Source: Fistulifera solaris (lineage: Eukaryota). From it: a stretch of 64,000 bases of DNA. A model generated the notes under the pieces. It was not told the DNA's origin and did no database searches. It was given only the letters and a program-made list of their open reading frames with translations. Shown here one piece after another: positions 11,903-25,038 of this stretch (positions are counted from its first letter, which is position 1; each line of letters opens with the position of its first letter). The DNA is taken from positions 1,674,001-1,738,000 of the forward strand of contig AP026123.1 in NCBI GenBank assembly GCA_030295235.1, in the 5' to 3' direction. The translations under genes were made by a program, and so were the position numbers.

Positions 11903-14900
11903 TTATCCCCGAATTCCTCTGCTTAGTTGCACCAACTTCGTTCCATCGTCAAAGGGAAATTCCATATACAAGCCGACTTGTGCATCCGAAATACCGATTG
12001 TGCCCTGTTGTTTTCCATTCTGGATGTCGATCGGTTCATATTCGTCTTCACTGTCCGAGTCGTATCCAGGAATGAAAGGAACGTGATATCCGTTTGCCGC
12101 ATGTTTCGCTCTTGTTGAAACATAAAGAGACCCGTCCCAATTCAATGCGAGCAACTCCTCAAGACTGTAGCTCGCAATATGCCGATACTTTCCGCGAGAT
12201 CCCAGCTGCAACTTCTTTGCACCGATATACACAGGCAATCCTTCTTCGGAAACTTCTAGGGGAGTAAGACGGCCTGGAATAACAAGCCTCGACTCCCGCT
12301 CTCCGCGTTTGCTAAAACCGTACGACCAGTACCCTAGAAGCGGGTCGCCCATTGTTTTCCCAGTTCGTCCAAAAGGATAACTTCCTTCCAATGGATTGCG
12401 CTTGTTGGCAGCCGTGATCTTTTCCTCTTCAGCAAAAAAGATGTAGCGACTTTTCTCCACCTTATCAAAGAACGACTTGGTAAACGCTGCAATCTTGTCG
12501 AGGTCGAAGATCAGCGACAATTGATCTGTGTAATCGTGGTCAAGAGCCGACAAAAGATGTCCCCAGAAATGAGCCAGACCCTGAATTTTAAAGTTCAGAT
12601 CAGTAGCTGTAAAGCCTTTCAATGTACTTCCTGTCATGGTTTTACCGGAACGAAGTTCGGGGTTCTTCCGAAATTGTTCGGCAAGAATACTTGTCCATCC
12701 CATATGATCCGACAAAGCGTTTACAAAATTCAACAAGATCGATCCAACTGCGGAAAAATTCACCGGAAGAACGTTGCGTTCGTCATCGTCCATAGCATCG
12801 CGCGTAATATTGATTCTGGTCAAAAGATCAACTAGCGAGCAGTAGTTCTTTTTCGCGACAACGCTCTCCTCGCTTGTACCTCCATTTCGGCTTCGACTAG
12901 TGTAATGATTCTCCAAATCTTCGGATTGAAATCTTGTTTGACTAGGCGACGATACGACGCGCTGAACTCTTCGGGGCGGATCTCGTTTAGCTGTCTGTGA
13001 TGTATAAAAGAAATCGGTTCAGTGGGCAAAATTTTACCATCATGGCTGCCACAAGTGTTCCTACCTTAGATCGTCAGCTCCATTCTTAGAAGCTCTAGCC
13101 GAAACAGGATCGCGTTTCACTTGTTGAGACGCTCTACGGGCGGCTTGACTTGCGCTCATCCCCCACGACATCCAAAAGACTTTTGCAACAAGACCCTTTA
13201 CCCGGCTTTCCGCCAACCCAAACTGCCTTGGTGTCTTTGAACACTGAGTCTATATTCCGAAGAAATGGAACTTCCCAGGATGGCTCGCGTGTCTGTAGCC
13301 CGTTGTACAGGTGGAGAGCAAATCTCAATTGCCCAAGTGAATCGACAGTTGCAGACCCCAAGCCGATGGAGCATATGTATGTTGCGTAAAGCATGTATTC
13401 GCCTCCAATGAGAGGGTTCCAAAAGAAAGGCTTTCCGCTGTGACCGGATCCACTGTCACCTGACTTTGATCATTTTTGATGATAGGAACGGGCTTGGCAA
13501 ACTCCGCAATATTACGAAACAACAGAAGATTCAGGTAGCAATTCGGTGAGTTTTCAGAAGATTTGCTTGGATCGGAAGAAGCGTGCAGCTGTTCAAAAAG
13601 TAGATTATACGACTGCTTTGTATATCCAGCGAGACGCGCCAAGTCTCCATCTCCTTGGAGAGCAAAGATAGACATCAAAACAGCATGTAGACCGAAGGTC
13701 AGAGCTATGGGTACAGGTCTGGTCCGGTCTCCTTTCACTTGTTGATGCAACAGATCAATCACAGTAAACAAATGTTCCCGGTCAGACAAAAACTGAAAAG
13801 GCGCGTTTCGACAGATCTCCATAAGTTCCGGCATGATGCTGGCCGCAAATGCTTCATCGAGATCCCCCCAAATGCGAGTCGCACGACATTTGTTTTCGTC
13901 GAACGACGGTCCCCAAAATCCTGGCCGTCCAGTAAGTCTTTGATCATCCTTCATTTGCTCCAATACCATCTGAACAATCCTCTGTGTATTCAAAATGCAG
14001 CAATTGCCCCCGATGTACTGGCTTGCATCGAGCCATGCATGCGATCTCATTCCAGCTGCGGCCATCACGGCAATATGCATTGGATTGAGACGCTCCTCAA
14101 ATTTCAAAAGAGTCTCCGTAAACGTAAGCATGAAGATTTCATGAGCAGATTTTTCCACATATTGTGGGTTTAGACCAGATTTCTTGATGAATCGCTTCAC
14201 GACGGAGGGAGTTCGGTCTTGGCCGCTATTGTGAAATGCACATTCAATGATTTCGGCAACAAACTGCAGATCCACGTTTGGGTCCCCCTTCGCGTTAGTC
14301 TCTTTGAGCAATTTGTTGATCTCAGCTATCGTCTCTGGCATTTTCACAAGTGCGAGGATATGATAAAATGACGAAAGGTGGGGATGCTCAATCGCCAAGT
14401 TGTTCGCTGCTCGATTCACACTCTCTGTGGCTAAGTTTGCGACTACAGCACATTCCATCAATAGCTGCACGCAGCTTGAATCTTGGTATGTATCCGCGGT
14501 CCCTCTCATGTACGCCTTCAGGAGATCGTAGTGACTGTAAACAGAATGCATAAACTCCTCCATGGTATACAAGAGAGCCATGGCTTGGAACCGATCGTCA
14601 CCTTTCAAAATTGCCTCGTTGATGTCAATTTCTTCTTCCACTTCAATTCCGACGTACTTGGGCACATTTCCGTCCTTGATATCACGATCGATACTTTCCC
14701 AATTAATGTCTTCCTCGAAATCATCATCGAGGATCAAGGCATTGAATCGTCCCCCGATGGTGTCTTGCGCGCGAACATCTTGGTCGCCACTGGCCTTGCG
14801 GGCGGTGGCGACAACTCGATTGCTGAACAGGAGTGCATCATGACAATACTGTAGCACCTCAACGATGTATTGATGCCCACTATCGCCTCCATCTTTTGAC

Positions 14901-15335
14901 CCGAAGCGGTCCGATGTAAAATTCACTCGCAATCGAATGCTGGATGCTAACAAAACATGATATCTGGAGGGGCCACAATGAGAGCATCAAACTGCGACAC
15001 ATCCATCGCTTGATAGATTTTCATATTCGAATCGATAATTTGATTTACTCCTTTGAGATAATCATTTACAGCAGTCATTTTACTGCGGGGGCAAGCGTCC
15101 TTGGATATCCAATCGTGAAATCGCGCCGTCGCTGCCTTGTACATTTCGTAGTACCCACCGCTGGCGACTCCATCGGGTGCTATCTTGTCTCTCTTGTGAA
15201 ATGTGGGAAGTTTGTTTTTCATTCGCTGAAGTAACGACGGCTGGCGCTCGTTTCCTGCGGAAGTATTCGCCGGCTGCGAGCGGACCTTTTATTATTGCCC
15301 TTCTTGCCCTGATTGCGTCCTTTGTTGTGAGGCAT
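11903..15335 (-). CDS. Large hypothetical protein with DUF6604-like N-terminus
   Basis: YEMYKAATARFHDW..SIRLR..DSGHQYIVEVL pattern; several ORFs joinable by single-base corrections plus a probable intron ~12996-13063. Confidence 0.6.
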
Positions 15336-15821
15336 CGTGTCAAAACGCAGAGTAGAAGTTGAAAAGGAGTTAAGAAGAAAGGTATGTAAAGTCTGACGAG
15401 TATCGTAAGCACGGGACCAAGACACTCTCTTGTAGCAAGCAATGGGTCGCAACAAAATGGCCGGACCGGTCGCAGCTTTTTTCGTCGTGTGTCTTTTCGC
15501 AAAAAGAAAAAAGATAGCATTCATTCATCATCCGTAGAAAAAGTGGGTCTGTCTTAGTGGTTTTCGAAAACTTGATCGGCGTTCGACCTTGATCCTTGAT
15601 CGCAAACAATAAGGATCGTAGATCATAGATCATACTCCGTAGTTCTTAGCTGAAAACGCAATCATAGTACATTTCAAAGACAGAGAGCATACATGAAATA
15701 TACAGCATTCCATGGGGATGACTGTTCGTCCCTTAAGAATTCTGTCCATCGTTCAATTATTAGCATTGCTGGTAAGTTGGTCACTTGCCCCTTGGTAGCG
15801 CTTGTAGCTTAGTTCCTTCGA

Positions 15822-16889
15822 TCATATAGCATTGTATGTTTGTGTCATACGACCGTCGCCTTTTATAGGTCGGCGCTCACTTTCATCACAAGATAAAGAT
15901 ACACGTCGCCGAGAGGAACGCATCTTCTGGAAAAGACTTCCGACGAGACCGATCAACAAACAAAGACATAAAGCAAAAGACAAGTAGAGTTTCCCGAAAT
16001 TACCTGAATAAGACTGGCCATCCTGCCATAATTCGCATGTCGAATGGTGAATAAAGCGCCGCCAATCAAAGCGTGATGGGTGGAATCGTTCGCAGCCAAA
16101 ATCCGATAGTTGCGAAGGATGCGCACTGGAAACCTTGCATACCGTTTCGTCAATCCAATCCACGGCAAACGACACCCGAGCATTCACAGCTGGGAAGAAG
16201 GGGTCGGCACAATCGATTCCCCATGATACTAGAGCTACCACAAGATCTTCCTCTTGGTCACTGTTCTCCGGCGTTAGCAGAATGGGACTTCCACTGTCAA
16301 AAGCGCAGGCATCTTTTTCATTGTGTGGTCCTCCACTCGTACAAATCATACTTTCTTTCATAAATAGTCCAGCGTAGCTAATGTTTCGTTTTCGATCGTG
16401 ACTCCGTTTGCATGCGGAATGAGAAACGATCTCCAGATCAACTTCCTGTAATATGTTGGAAGCAGATTCTACAAACGTAGCTGGATCTGGCGACGTACTT
16501 CCAAATCCAATCGTTGTGACAGTGGCTCCAGAAGAAGGAACTTTGGGGTCGCGGTTCAGTTTCACAGGTTTTGTTGTTGAAAACCCACTGATTTTCATGA
16601 GATTATAGTCATTGCCCTTGGCATCCCATGCAGCTTCGAAGTAGTCAGGATGGCGATGCAGCGAGGCAATGGAAAATGTTTCGAATTCTTCGGGTTGGGT
16701 CAAGTCCGTATGATTCAATCGCACCCTGACGACTTGCTCTGGTGGCGGATACACGTGACCGGCTGTCAGAATGATGTCTGGGGCAATTAGGACACCTCCC
16801 CCAAAGTGATCAAAGCTAGCAAAGTAAGGGTAGCGTCCCTGAGCTGCATCGTGTCCACCGACGATAAGGGATCTCTTTCTCGTCAGCAT
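15822..16889 (-). CDS. Trypsin-like (S1) serine protease with C-terminal TM helix
   Basis: IVGG, LTAGH, ND, DACAFDSGSP and VSWG motifs; hydrophobic LYLSFALCLCLLIGLVG; true start uncertain. Confidence 0.88.
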   Translation of the reverse strand: MLTRKRSLIVGGHDAAQGRYPYFASFDHFGGGVLIAPDIILTAGHVYPPPEQVVRVRLNHTDLTQPEEFETFSIASLHRHPDYFEAAWDAKGNDYNLMKISGFSTTKPVKLNRDPKVPSSGATVTTIGFGSTSPDPATFVESASNILQEVDLEIVSHSACKRSHDRKRNISYAGLFMKESMICTSGGPHNEKDACAFDSGSPILLTPENSDQEEDLVVALVSWGIDCADPFFPAVNARVSFAVDWIDETVCKVSSAHPSQLSDFGCERFHPSRFDWRRFIHHSTCELWQDGQSYSGNFGKLYLSFALCLCLLIGLVGSLFQKMRSSRRRVSLSCDESERRPIKGDGRMTQTYNAI

Positions 16890-17538
16890 GAGGTTAAAGG
16901 AGTGAAGTTTCTATGACAACGTTGATCTGCTATGGTGCTGATCATGGTCGACGATCATGGCATTTCTCATTATTTCTGCACCACACACAAAAAAGTCCAT
17001 CGGCACGTCATTCATGACTAACCTGAGTCGTAAAATGATAGTTTGGTTCTACACTTTTCACCATACCATATCTGGCCTACCGGAAGGACATGCGGCATAG
17101 TGATGATGGTTATTTCATTCGCAGTAGACCTATGCGACATCAATAATTGACGCGAGCGTTGTTGATGGATTTAAATGTAACCAAGTTTTGATTTGGTTAA
17201 TTTAATTTCAAAAGTAGCTGATCATGAGCATGAGCATCGACAACCTCCTCCTCCTCCTCATCCTTTGACACGGAAAATTGATGGTTCATGACTGGATTGG
17301 CAGTCGTGATTAAGTTGATACTATTACACTTTATAACCGAGCTTGCAATGAAACTAATTCATTCAATCCTCGACCTATGATAGCATCGCCTTCTGTGTGG
17401 TCCACTTTAATTTAAAAAGCCAATCCGAACGGATACGCGGCAATTAATGCCCTCAAAATGAGGCCCAATATGGCAAGGAACACATGCAACGATTCTTAGT
17501 ATGTTTTAGTAGGCAGCAGTACTCATCAAACAGTGTTT

Positions 17539-18228
17539 CTACAACTCTTTGTTGACGTCCTCTCCTGAATCGCCAGTGATTTCTTTGAACTTTCTCATTG
17601 CCACTTTGGCGAAGTAGAGCAAGCCGAAAATGTACATGGGGTTTTTCAAAATTGTGAGGAGAAGTTGCACGAGCAGGCTTCTTCCGCCAGACTGTTTCTG
17701 GGCACCTTCTTCCAGAGTCAAGCGTTCCGTGTTCTTCCACGAGTCTACCAATTGCTTCGCGGCTGCGGCGTCCGTTATCTTCAAACTCTGAATCTGTTCG
17801 CGCGTGTCCGCGGTAACAAACAAACCAGACTTGGCGTCCAAGACAATCAATGCAGGAATACCGCGGATTTGCAACTTGCTGGCGAGCTCACTTTTGATCT
17901 TTGCTGCTCCGCTATCCGTCGGAATAGCGGCCCAAGGCATCTTGCCGTAGTAGTCGTTGAATTCATTGAGCGAGCGATCCGACGAGACGTAAACGATCTC
18001 GAGCTTGAACGCCCCCGCATAGCGATCGTAAAAGTCAATCAAAACCGGAGAAAATGCCTGACAGGGCGGACACCAGCTTGCTGAGAAATACAAAAGAACG
18101 AAATCTTTATCGCGAATGATCTCTTTCGTAGACTTGGAAACAAACGCATTTGACTTCTTGGTGCGCCCTCCGGCAAAGAGTTGGGGCCCCAAAAGTGTGT
18201 CTAGCGTTGGAGTGTTTGCGTTTGACAT
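17539..18228 (-). CDS. Nucleoredoxin/tryparedoxin-like thioredoxin
   Basis: LYFSASWCPPC, IVYVSSD, MPW and IRGIP motifs; hydrophobic C-terminal segment ending NKEL. Confidence 0.9.
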   Translation of the reverse strand: MSNANTPTLDTLLGPQLFAGGRTKKSNAFVSKSTKEIIRDKDFVLLYFSASWCPPCQAFSPVLIDFYDRYAGAFKLEIVYVSSDRSLNEFNDYYGKMPWAAIPTDSGAAKIKSELASKLQIRGIPALIVLDAKSGLFVTADTREQIQSLKITDAAAAKQLVDSWKNTERLTLEEGAQKQSGGRSLLVQLLLTILKNPMYIFGLLYFAKVAMRKFKEITGDSGEDVNKEL

Positions 18229-18525
18229 GGCGACTACTCGGCCTTCGGAATGGATATACGACAACGTGGAGTTTGTAACAAGTACGGTTGTTCGTTGTTT
18301 GCGAGGTTTTTGAAGGTTCGCAGTTCTCAAATACAAAGATGACGAACAATAAAAAATTCAACGAAGGTTTTGTCGCGAACGATCTTATCGCTAAAGCTCT
18401 GTACGTCGTACGTCGCGACTGGAACTAAGGTTAGTGCACCACACTCTCTAGAGGGTTTTCTATTCTTATTTACCTTGTAGTCTATCTGTGTTGTTCGATA
18501 TGCCTTGCAAGTTTCTTGTTTTGGT

Positions 18526-21069
18526 TTAAAGATTTCCTTTTATCTCCATAAGTAAGCACAATTTCCTTATTTTTGACTTCAATGGAGATGAAATTTTAAT
18601 GTTCTTCTCCTTAACCACGCGGATCACATTCCAAAGCAAATTTCTCGATTCGACTTTATCGTGTGGTAATTGCGATTCGCATAAATCACACAAGATGTGA
18701 AAGGTCTGGCTATTTGGAGGGTACCGGTCATTCGCCTTGTATCTCGAAAGGATCTCATTCAAAACCTCGTTCGCAAGCAAGAGCTTATCTTCCACATCAG
18801 AATTTCTCAAAGCTATCAGAACATGATTAAAGTCGCAACCACCCTGGTCAAACTTCGCATCTCGTTTTAAGTCCTCGAATAACTTTTTGACGCGATACCA
18901 AGCTCCTTTGCGCTTGGAGACCGCCCAAACTTTGATCATGAGATTTATGGTCTCCGCACTCGGAATTAATGAGGAATCCTTCTTAGAATTGCTTGTTCGT
19001 TGCATCCATTGAAACAGTGCCTCTGCGCGTTCAGGTGCAAAGCCTTCTTTACTTCGGACCCAACATTTCAGAACCGAATTGCACAGCCGGTGATCTGGTC
19101 CGATTGAGCTCTTGCCTGTTTCAATCCGATTTTGCCATCGCCAGAGAATAGCCTCTGCTTCTTCTGCTACTCCTGATCCAGGATACTTTAGTAGAACGCT
19201 CACAGCCGCATCATAAACAACATTCGGAACAGCAAGATCCCCATCACCAGTGTCCAATTGTTCTTCCAACATGTCCAGTACTTCGAAAATAAGCTTTGTG
19301 GCCGGTCGGTTCTTCGAATGCTGTAATCCGTGCAAGATAGTCGTGTAGGAGATAGTGTCGGGCAGGGGAACGAATTGGCTCGAGCTATCGACCATCTTTG
19401 AAAGCATTTCCAGGGCGGAATCAATTTCATGATATTTGACGAGAGTGTGCAAAACGACATTGTAGGTAACAACAGAGGGCATTGCGTGCCGTTTGCCATT
19501 TTGAGCAAGACGGTGCATTTTGTTGAGTAGCGCCAAAACTTTGTCTACTGTATCATCGTGATTTGAGTTGGCATACACTTGCATCAGTGATGTATACACC
19601 ATTGTGTCTGGAATGAAATCTGATGCGCCTGCGGCACCGAGCATCTCCAATTTTTTCACAGTCGTCTGGGCGTGAGAAACCGCGTCGTCAGAAGCAGTGT
19701 TAGCCCACGCTTGAATGGAGGCAACATAAGATTTGAGTGAAGGACGCGGGATAGCCTCCCGCTGCGTTCATATTCTTGCTCTAATTGGTGCAACATAGAC
19801 GCAACACGTGGCCCCGAGTTTCGTTGTTTTGCCCATGTGTCAAGAACCACGTTATATACCTCAATCGATGGATGCAACAACTGAAATTGTTGATTGTTGC
19901 ATAAGTGTTTCATTGTTGACACCAGCTTACTAACACGCTCGGGGGAAATATCAGGTTTGCTTCTATTCCAAGCATTCATAACCATCAAAAAGGAAAGATT
20001 GTCGGGTCCTCGGAAGGTAAAGCTGCCATCTTCGCACATTTTCATCACGTCAAGTAGAAAGTGCTCGGCTCTTTCCGCTTGGTCCAAGCGACCCCAGGCA
20101 CTGAGAACAATATTGAACGTTATTGTAGCCGTTTTGTTATCAAACACATTTTCTTTCAAACAGCGAACAAACCAGAATTGAGCTCGTTGGATCGCATCTG
20201 GAGCATTGACGCCTGCCCAAGCACGGATCACTGCTCCGTAACATTCTCATATCAGGACACTGCATTTCAGTAAGTACTTGCTCGGCATTTTGCGCAGCCT
20301 CTTTGTTGTACGGGCTGCAACACGATAGTACATATAGATACGTTGAATATGTGGTGAGGTCCATTGAATCAATTCCGTGTTTTAGATGAGTCTCAACAAG
20401 GTCTTTTGCCAATTCCGCTGATCCACGTATATCTGGTCTTTTTGCAATAGTGTTGAGTGCCATCGTGATCGCTTTGTTCCCAGGCTTCAAGCGTGATTCT
20501 TGTAACTGTTCAGCTGCATTTGAAAATAAGTTCAGCAAGTCAACCGATAGGTCTCGACATGGGGTGCTCGAATCACTCGAAGGAACGGGATTTTTCCGCG
20601 TCTTTGTTTCTTCCAGTTGCCCAAGAATGTGCAAGAGACGATGTAGATTGTCAACTAGTAATGAACTTTCGATCAATCTCGGATCAGTCCGAAATTGCTG
20701 CTCACATTGCAACCAACGTCGCAGGATGCGAATGGCCCACTTGGTGGATGCCAATCGATCTTCCCCTGGACTATCATCTATCCATTTCTGCAGCAAGTAT
20801 TGCGCGAGTGAAATATCTTCTTCTGTCCAGCGCGTATTGTGAGTGTCTTCCAGCCACTGTTGTGACCACTTCTTCAAGTCCGTATAAGAAACATGTTCAC
20901 TTCGTTTTAGAGTTGAAAAACATCGACGCCCCGAGCACTCAGAGTCGAGATTGTCTACAATGGGCTTCTGTGAGCGCGCGGTAATTATACGCCCAACCTC
21001 AACTGTACCACTCAATCTTGTAATGGATCTTCTTGTTGCAATCTGGACGAGTTTGTATGTTGACTTCAT
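18526..21069 (-). CDS. Pentatricopeptide repeat protein, probably mitochondrial
   Basis: Three joinable ORFs with PPR motifs (PDTMVYTSLM, PSVVTYNVVL, PDTISYTTIL); Arg/Ser-rich N-terminus with RRCFS. Confidence 0.85.
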
Positions 21070-21142
21070 CCTACGAAAGGGCTAACATGTTTTATAATAA
21101 TGCGTTCATCGAAAAATGCTCTTCTTCTTGCAAACAGTATGC

Positions 21143-21530
21143 GATCCAAAACACCCTCTCCAGAAATTCTGGAACGCGCACTTTCTTTCGTTATAATCCA
21201 AAGCACAGTCTCCCGAATTTCTGGAACGTGCACAACATTCCGGTAGGATCGAAAACACTGGTCCAGAATTTCTGGACCACAACAGAATTTCTGTATGACA
21301 AGCTTTAACGTATCCTGAATTTCCTGGAATAGCGCAAGCAAAATTACAGTTTCCGTCATCTCTGGAAAGTGCAATGCTTTTCGTTACCTGGTATGATCCA
21401 AAGCACCGTCTCCAGAATTTATTGGAACGTGCACGGGATTTCGGTAGGATCGAAAACAATGGTCCAGAATTTCTGGACCACAACAGAATTTCTGTATGAC
21501 AAGCTTTAACTTTTCCAGAAATTCTGGAAT
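21143..21530. repeat. Degenerate ~50 bp tandem array of palindromic TCCAGAA(A/T)TTCTGGA cores with a 200 bp higher-order duplication
   Basis: 21196-21309 recurs at 21396-21510; TGGTCCAGAATTTCTGGACCA is present twice. Confidence 0.9.
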
Positions 21531-21701
21531 TTGCGGACACAATAACCTGAACACTACTGTTCTCGGATCGGGACTGAAGATCATCGTCATAGTTCGGCTG
21601 CATTCTGCGTCAAGCCAAAAAGCAAGAGTGTGATGAACAGCTCAACAGTAAACAATTTCACAAGTGTATCTGTTCATAACAATTGAACCTCAGCAGAAAT
21701 A

Positions 21702-24700
21702 ATGAGCGGGTTTCTCCCGGATATTGCGAATTGGGCACTTCGCGGAGGAAATGCTTCGAATGATGAGAACGAAAACGAGCCGGAACCGGAGCCGCAGATG
21801 AGTGCTGCCGAACTGCGGGCGCAGCGCCTCGCTCGCCTCGAACAAATGCAACAGCAACCGGAACCGATGGATATTGATCCCCCGAGAAAAGATTCTCCGA
21901 AACGTGAGGCAACACCTCCGCCGGCGGCGTCGCCGCCGCCGCAGCAGAAAACCGCAAGAAGAAATGGTGTCGCAACCGAAAAAAAAGAAAATGGAGCCCT
22001 CTCCTTCGGACGCTTCGAAAAAACAACAACGGAAGAAAGAATTGCTAATCAAGAAAGTGCTAGAGGTGACTCTAGTGGGGGTGTTGTACCGAGTGATTCT
22101 TCTTGCAAGGAGATCGATCTAGACGGGTCCATCGAAATCAACGAACAAACGATTACGGATGTGATTGCGACGCGACTAAACATGGAGGAATCCTCTAATA
22201 ACAATCCTGTGGCTTCGCAACGTCCTTCTCTTATCTTTTATCTGGGGCAATGTCATAGAAGAGCATCGGAGGAGATCAAGACTATGATGCAATCGAAAGC
22301 AGCCAAGGCACCTTCGAAGGAACACGAAGAAATGCTCGCCATTCTGCAAGAGATTCAAAAACAGGTCACAAACTATGCTGGATCCTGTTTGATGGTTCCG
22401 GGATTATTTCCTGCCGCCGACGACGCGGTACAACAACTGGCACGATGCTTGGTATCGTCTGTGTCAGACCCGGCGACTTCCATCACTTTTGGTGTTACTG
22501 GCAAAGTGGCTCATTCGTTTTACTACAGCCTGTGCGAGGAACTGATTCATCAAGATGAAAGCGTGTTTGTTTCTGTAATTGAAGAATTGGTAAAATACAT
22601 TTCGGAGCTGTTGAGTAAATTCAAAACCGTTTTCGATGGCAACACCGATGGGAGCGCTGTTGTCATGGTGTCGGCTCTATCTGCCGTCTGCACGCACAAG
22701 AAAGCTGCCGAAGCGATTACTCGCACGGCAAACTTCTTGCTTCCGGCAGAAGGTACACCCGAAGCCTCTCAAGTCATTCGACCTGCAATGCCAAATCCTG
22801 TTGGCGGTGCCGCGAGCTTGCTTCAGATGCTAGGAGGTGCTGATCGACCTTACCTGAAGCGTTCCGGGCCGGCATTGGAAAAGAATACTATCTTGGGACT
22901 AGTTTTGCGCGTTGGGCTCCCAAAGAATAACAGTTCTTTCTCTCCAACGTCAGTGCTGCGCCAATCGGTTGACACTGTGAACAAAACTTTTCGGCAGCAA
23001 CGGCAACAGCTTCGAGTACAACAAGAGGCTGCTTATTCCTTCGCGATGAACTTGATCAAAGGTGGACCGAGTGCGAAATCAAAGGTAATGCAATGGTTCG
23101 CAGATGCTCTCTTAGTCAATTATGGAGCCTCCGCTATGCAGCCGGATCCTTCGAAAGTAAGCAATTCGAGTTTATTGCTCAACATGTCGGTAACTCTGTT
23201 GAAGCTATGTGAACCATTTGTAAACGATCCCACCAAGCATCATTTGATTGACCCGGGATTTGTCTCGTCGATGCAAGATCACCGTGGAGTTTTTCGAAAC
23301 AAGCGGCGACCGCGCTGTTACTCGCCTGGGTGAAGGCACGGACCAAACGATGTCCGAACCGTACAAACCCAAAAATGAATTCATTCCCCAATGTTTCTTC
23401 TTTTGCGCTCGATCTTTGCATTATGGTATTTCGCCTCTTCTGAGCTTTCAAGAGAACCTGTTGCGTCGCATAAGTTACACTCACTGGGACATGCAGCAGA
23501 ACAATCGAGACATACAATCGGATCCGCAGTTTGCGTACATGGTGAGCAAGCAACGTTCTTTGGAGGTTGCTCTTTTTCAAGAGGAGATGGTAACAGACAC
23601 ACTACGCTTTTGCGATCTCATCGCATCGGTTATTCTAGGGGTCAGCGATTCTGAGCTTAGGACCATGCCGGAAGACTTCGTTAGCGACGTTTGCCACATC
23701 ATTATGTCCATTGCAAAGCTGAAGAGTAAACTTTTGGCCGGTATTGTTTTTCGAAATGTTTTCAAGATGGTAGTAAAGTTGTTATCTGCACAATATGCAT
23801 CAGTAAGTTCACTTGCTCTGACGACACACATTTGTTCACAGAAGCTAACGCATACTTTTTAGATGGTTCGAAACTACAACCTTCGAGCACAAATGGGAGA
23901 TGTTCTGTACGAGCTCTTCTTGCCGACCGCCGCAGATGATCGACGAGATGTGCCTGCTTCCGTCAGCGAAGATCCTCTCGCGGGCGGCAAGACGTACCTT
24001 CTATCCGACCCAGCCGCCCAAGAAAGCCTAGCACCATCGCTGTTGCTACTTTACGGTGAGGTTGAGCACACTGGCTATTATGATAAAATGAGTCATCGAG
24101 CCAAAATAGCATCACTGATCAAATATCTTTGGGAAAGCGCGGAACATCGATCTGCTTTCCGGCGCATCACGCAAAACAAAGAATCGTTTATCAAGTTCGC
24201 TAATGGTATCATGAACGAGACAAATACTCTTATAGCTACTGTTATGCAAAAGCTTCCCGAAATACGAAGTGCACAAGAACAGATGAAGAATGTCGAAGAA
24301 TGGGGAAGGTTGTCGGAAGAGGAACAGAGCCAGATTACAAGTCGTTTAGAAGACAGCGAGCGGGAGGTGAAGTCCGCGCTCCCATTGTGCAACAAAACAG
24401 TTCAGATGTTCGGATATCTCAACACCGATCCTGACATCCGTAGCCTCTTTCTTCTTGAGGAATTGTGCCCACGTCTTGTTGGTATGCTTCTCCACGTGTT
24501 GACCAAACTAGTGGGTTCCCGGGGACTCGAATTGAAAGTTGACAATCCAGAGCAATACGAATTCCGTCCAAAAGAGATGCTGCGCGATCTCTGTGCTATC
24601 TTCTCACTTTTTGCTGCACAGGAAGTCTTCCAGCTTGAGTGTGCGCGAGCAGGATGCGATCCAAGTTTGTTGCAATCGGCCGTCAAGACTTGTCGCCGGC

Positions 24701-25038
24701 TTAATCTCATCACCGGAGAATCGATGACTGCATTCGAGTCTTTACCGGGTTTAGTGGAAGAGGCGTTGAAAATGGTGAACCAAGATGCTGTTCTGACTGC
24801 TGATGCACCGGATGATTTCCTGGACGAAATTCTTGCTACGTACATGAAGGATCCTGTCGAATTGCCTTCCGGTCACTTTGTTGACCGTTCTACTATCACG
24901 CAGCATCTTCTGAATGACCCCATCGATCCCTTTAGTCGAGAACCGATGACCGTAAACGATATCAAGCCGGCCACTGAACTCAAAGCAAGAATGGACGCAT
25001 GGTTAGCAGAAAAGCGCCGAGCTGGCTCGTCCTCCTAG
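21702..25038 (+). CDS. UFD2: Ubiquitin conjugation factor E4, U-box protein
   Basis: Ufd2 core (FIPQCFF, VRNYNLRA, VEHTG, ELKVDNPEQYEFRP); U-box MKDPVELPSG..DRSTITQHLL..DPFSR; intron 23803-23862; indels near 21960-22075 and 23290. Confidence 0.95.

Noticed and set aside
21106..21603. ORFs over the palindromic array (likewise 39578-39902 and 49940-50435)
   Set aside because: Repeated peptides arise from the DNA repeat in several frames, with no protein-like features
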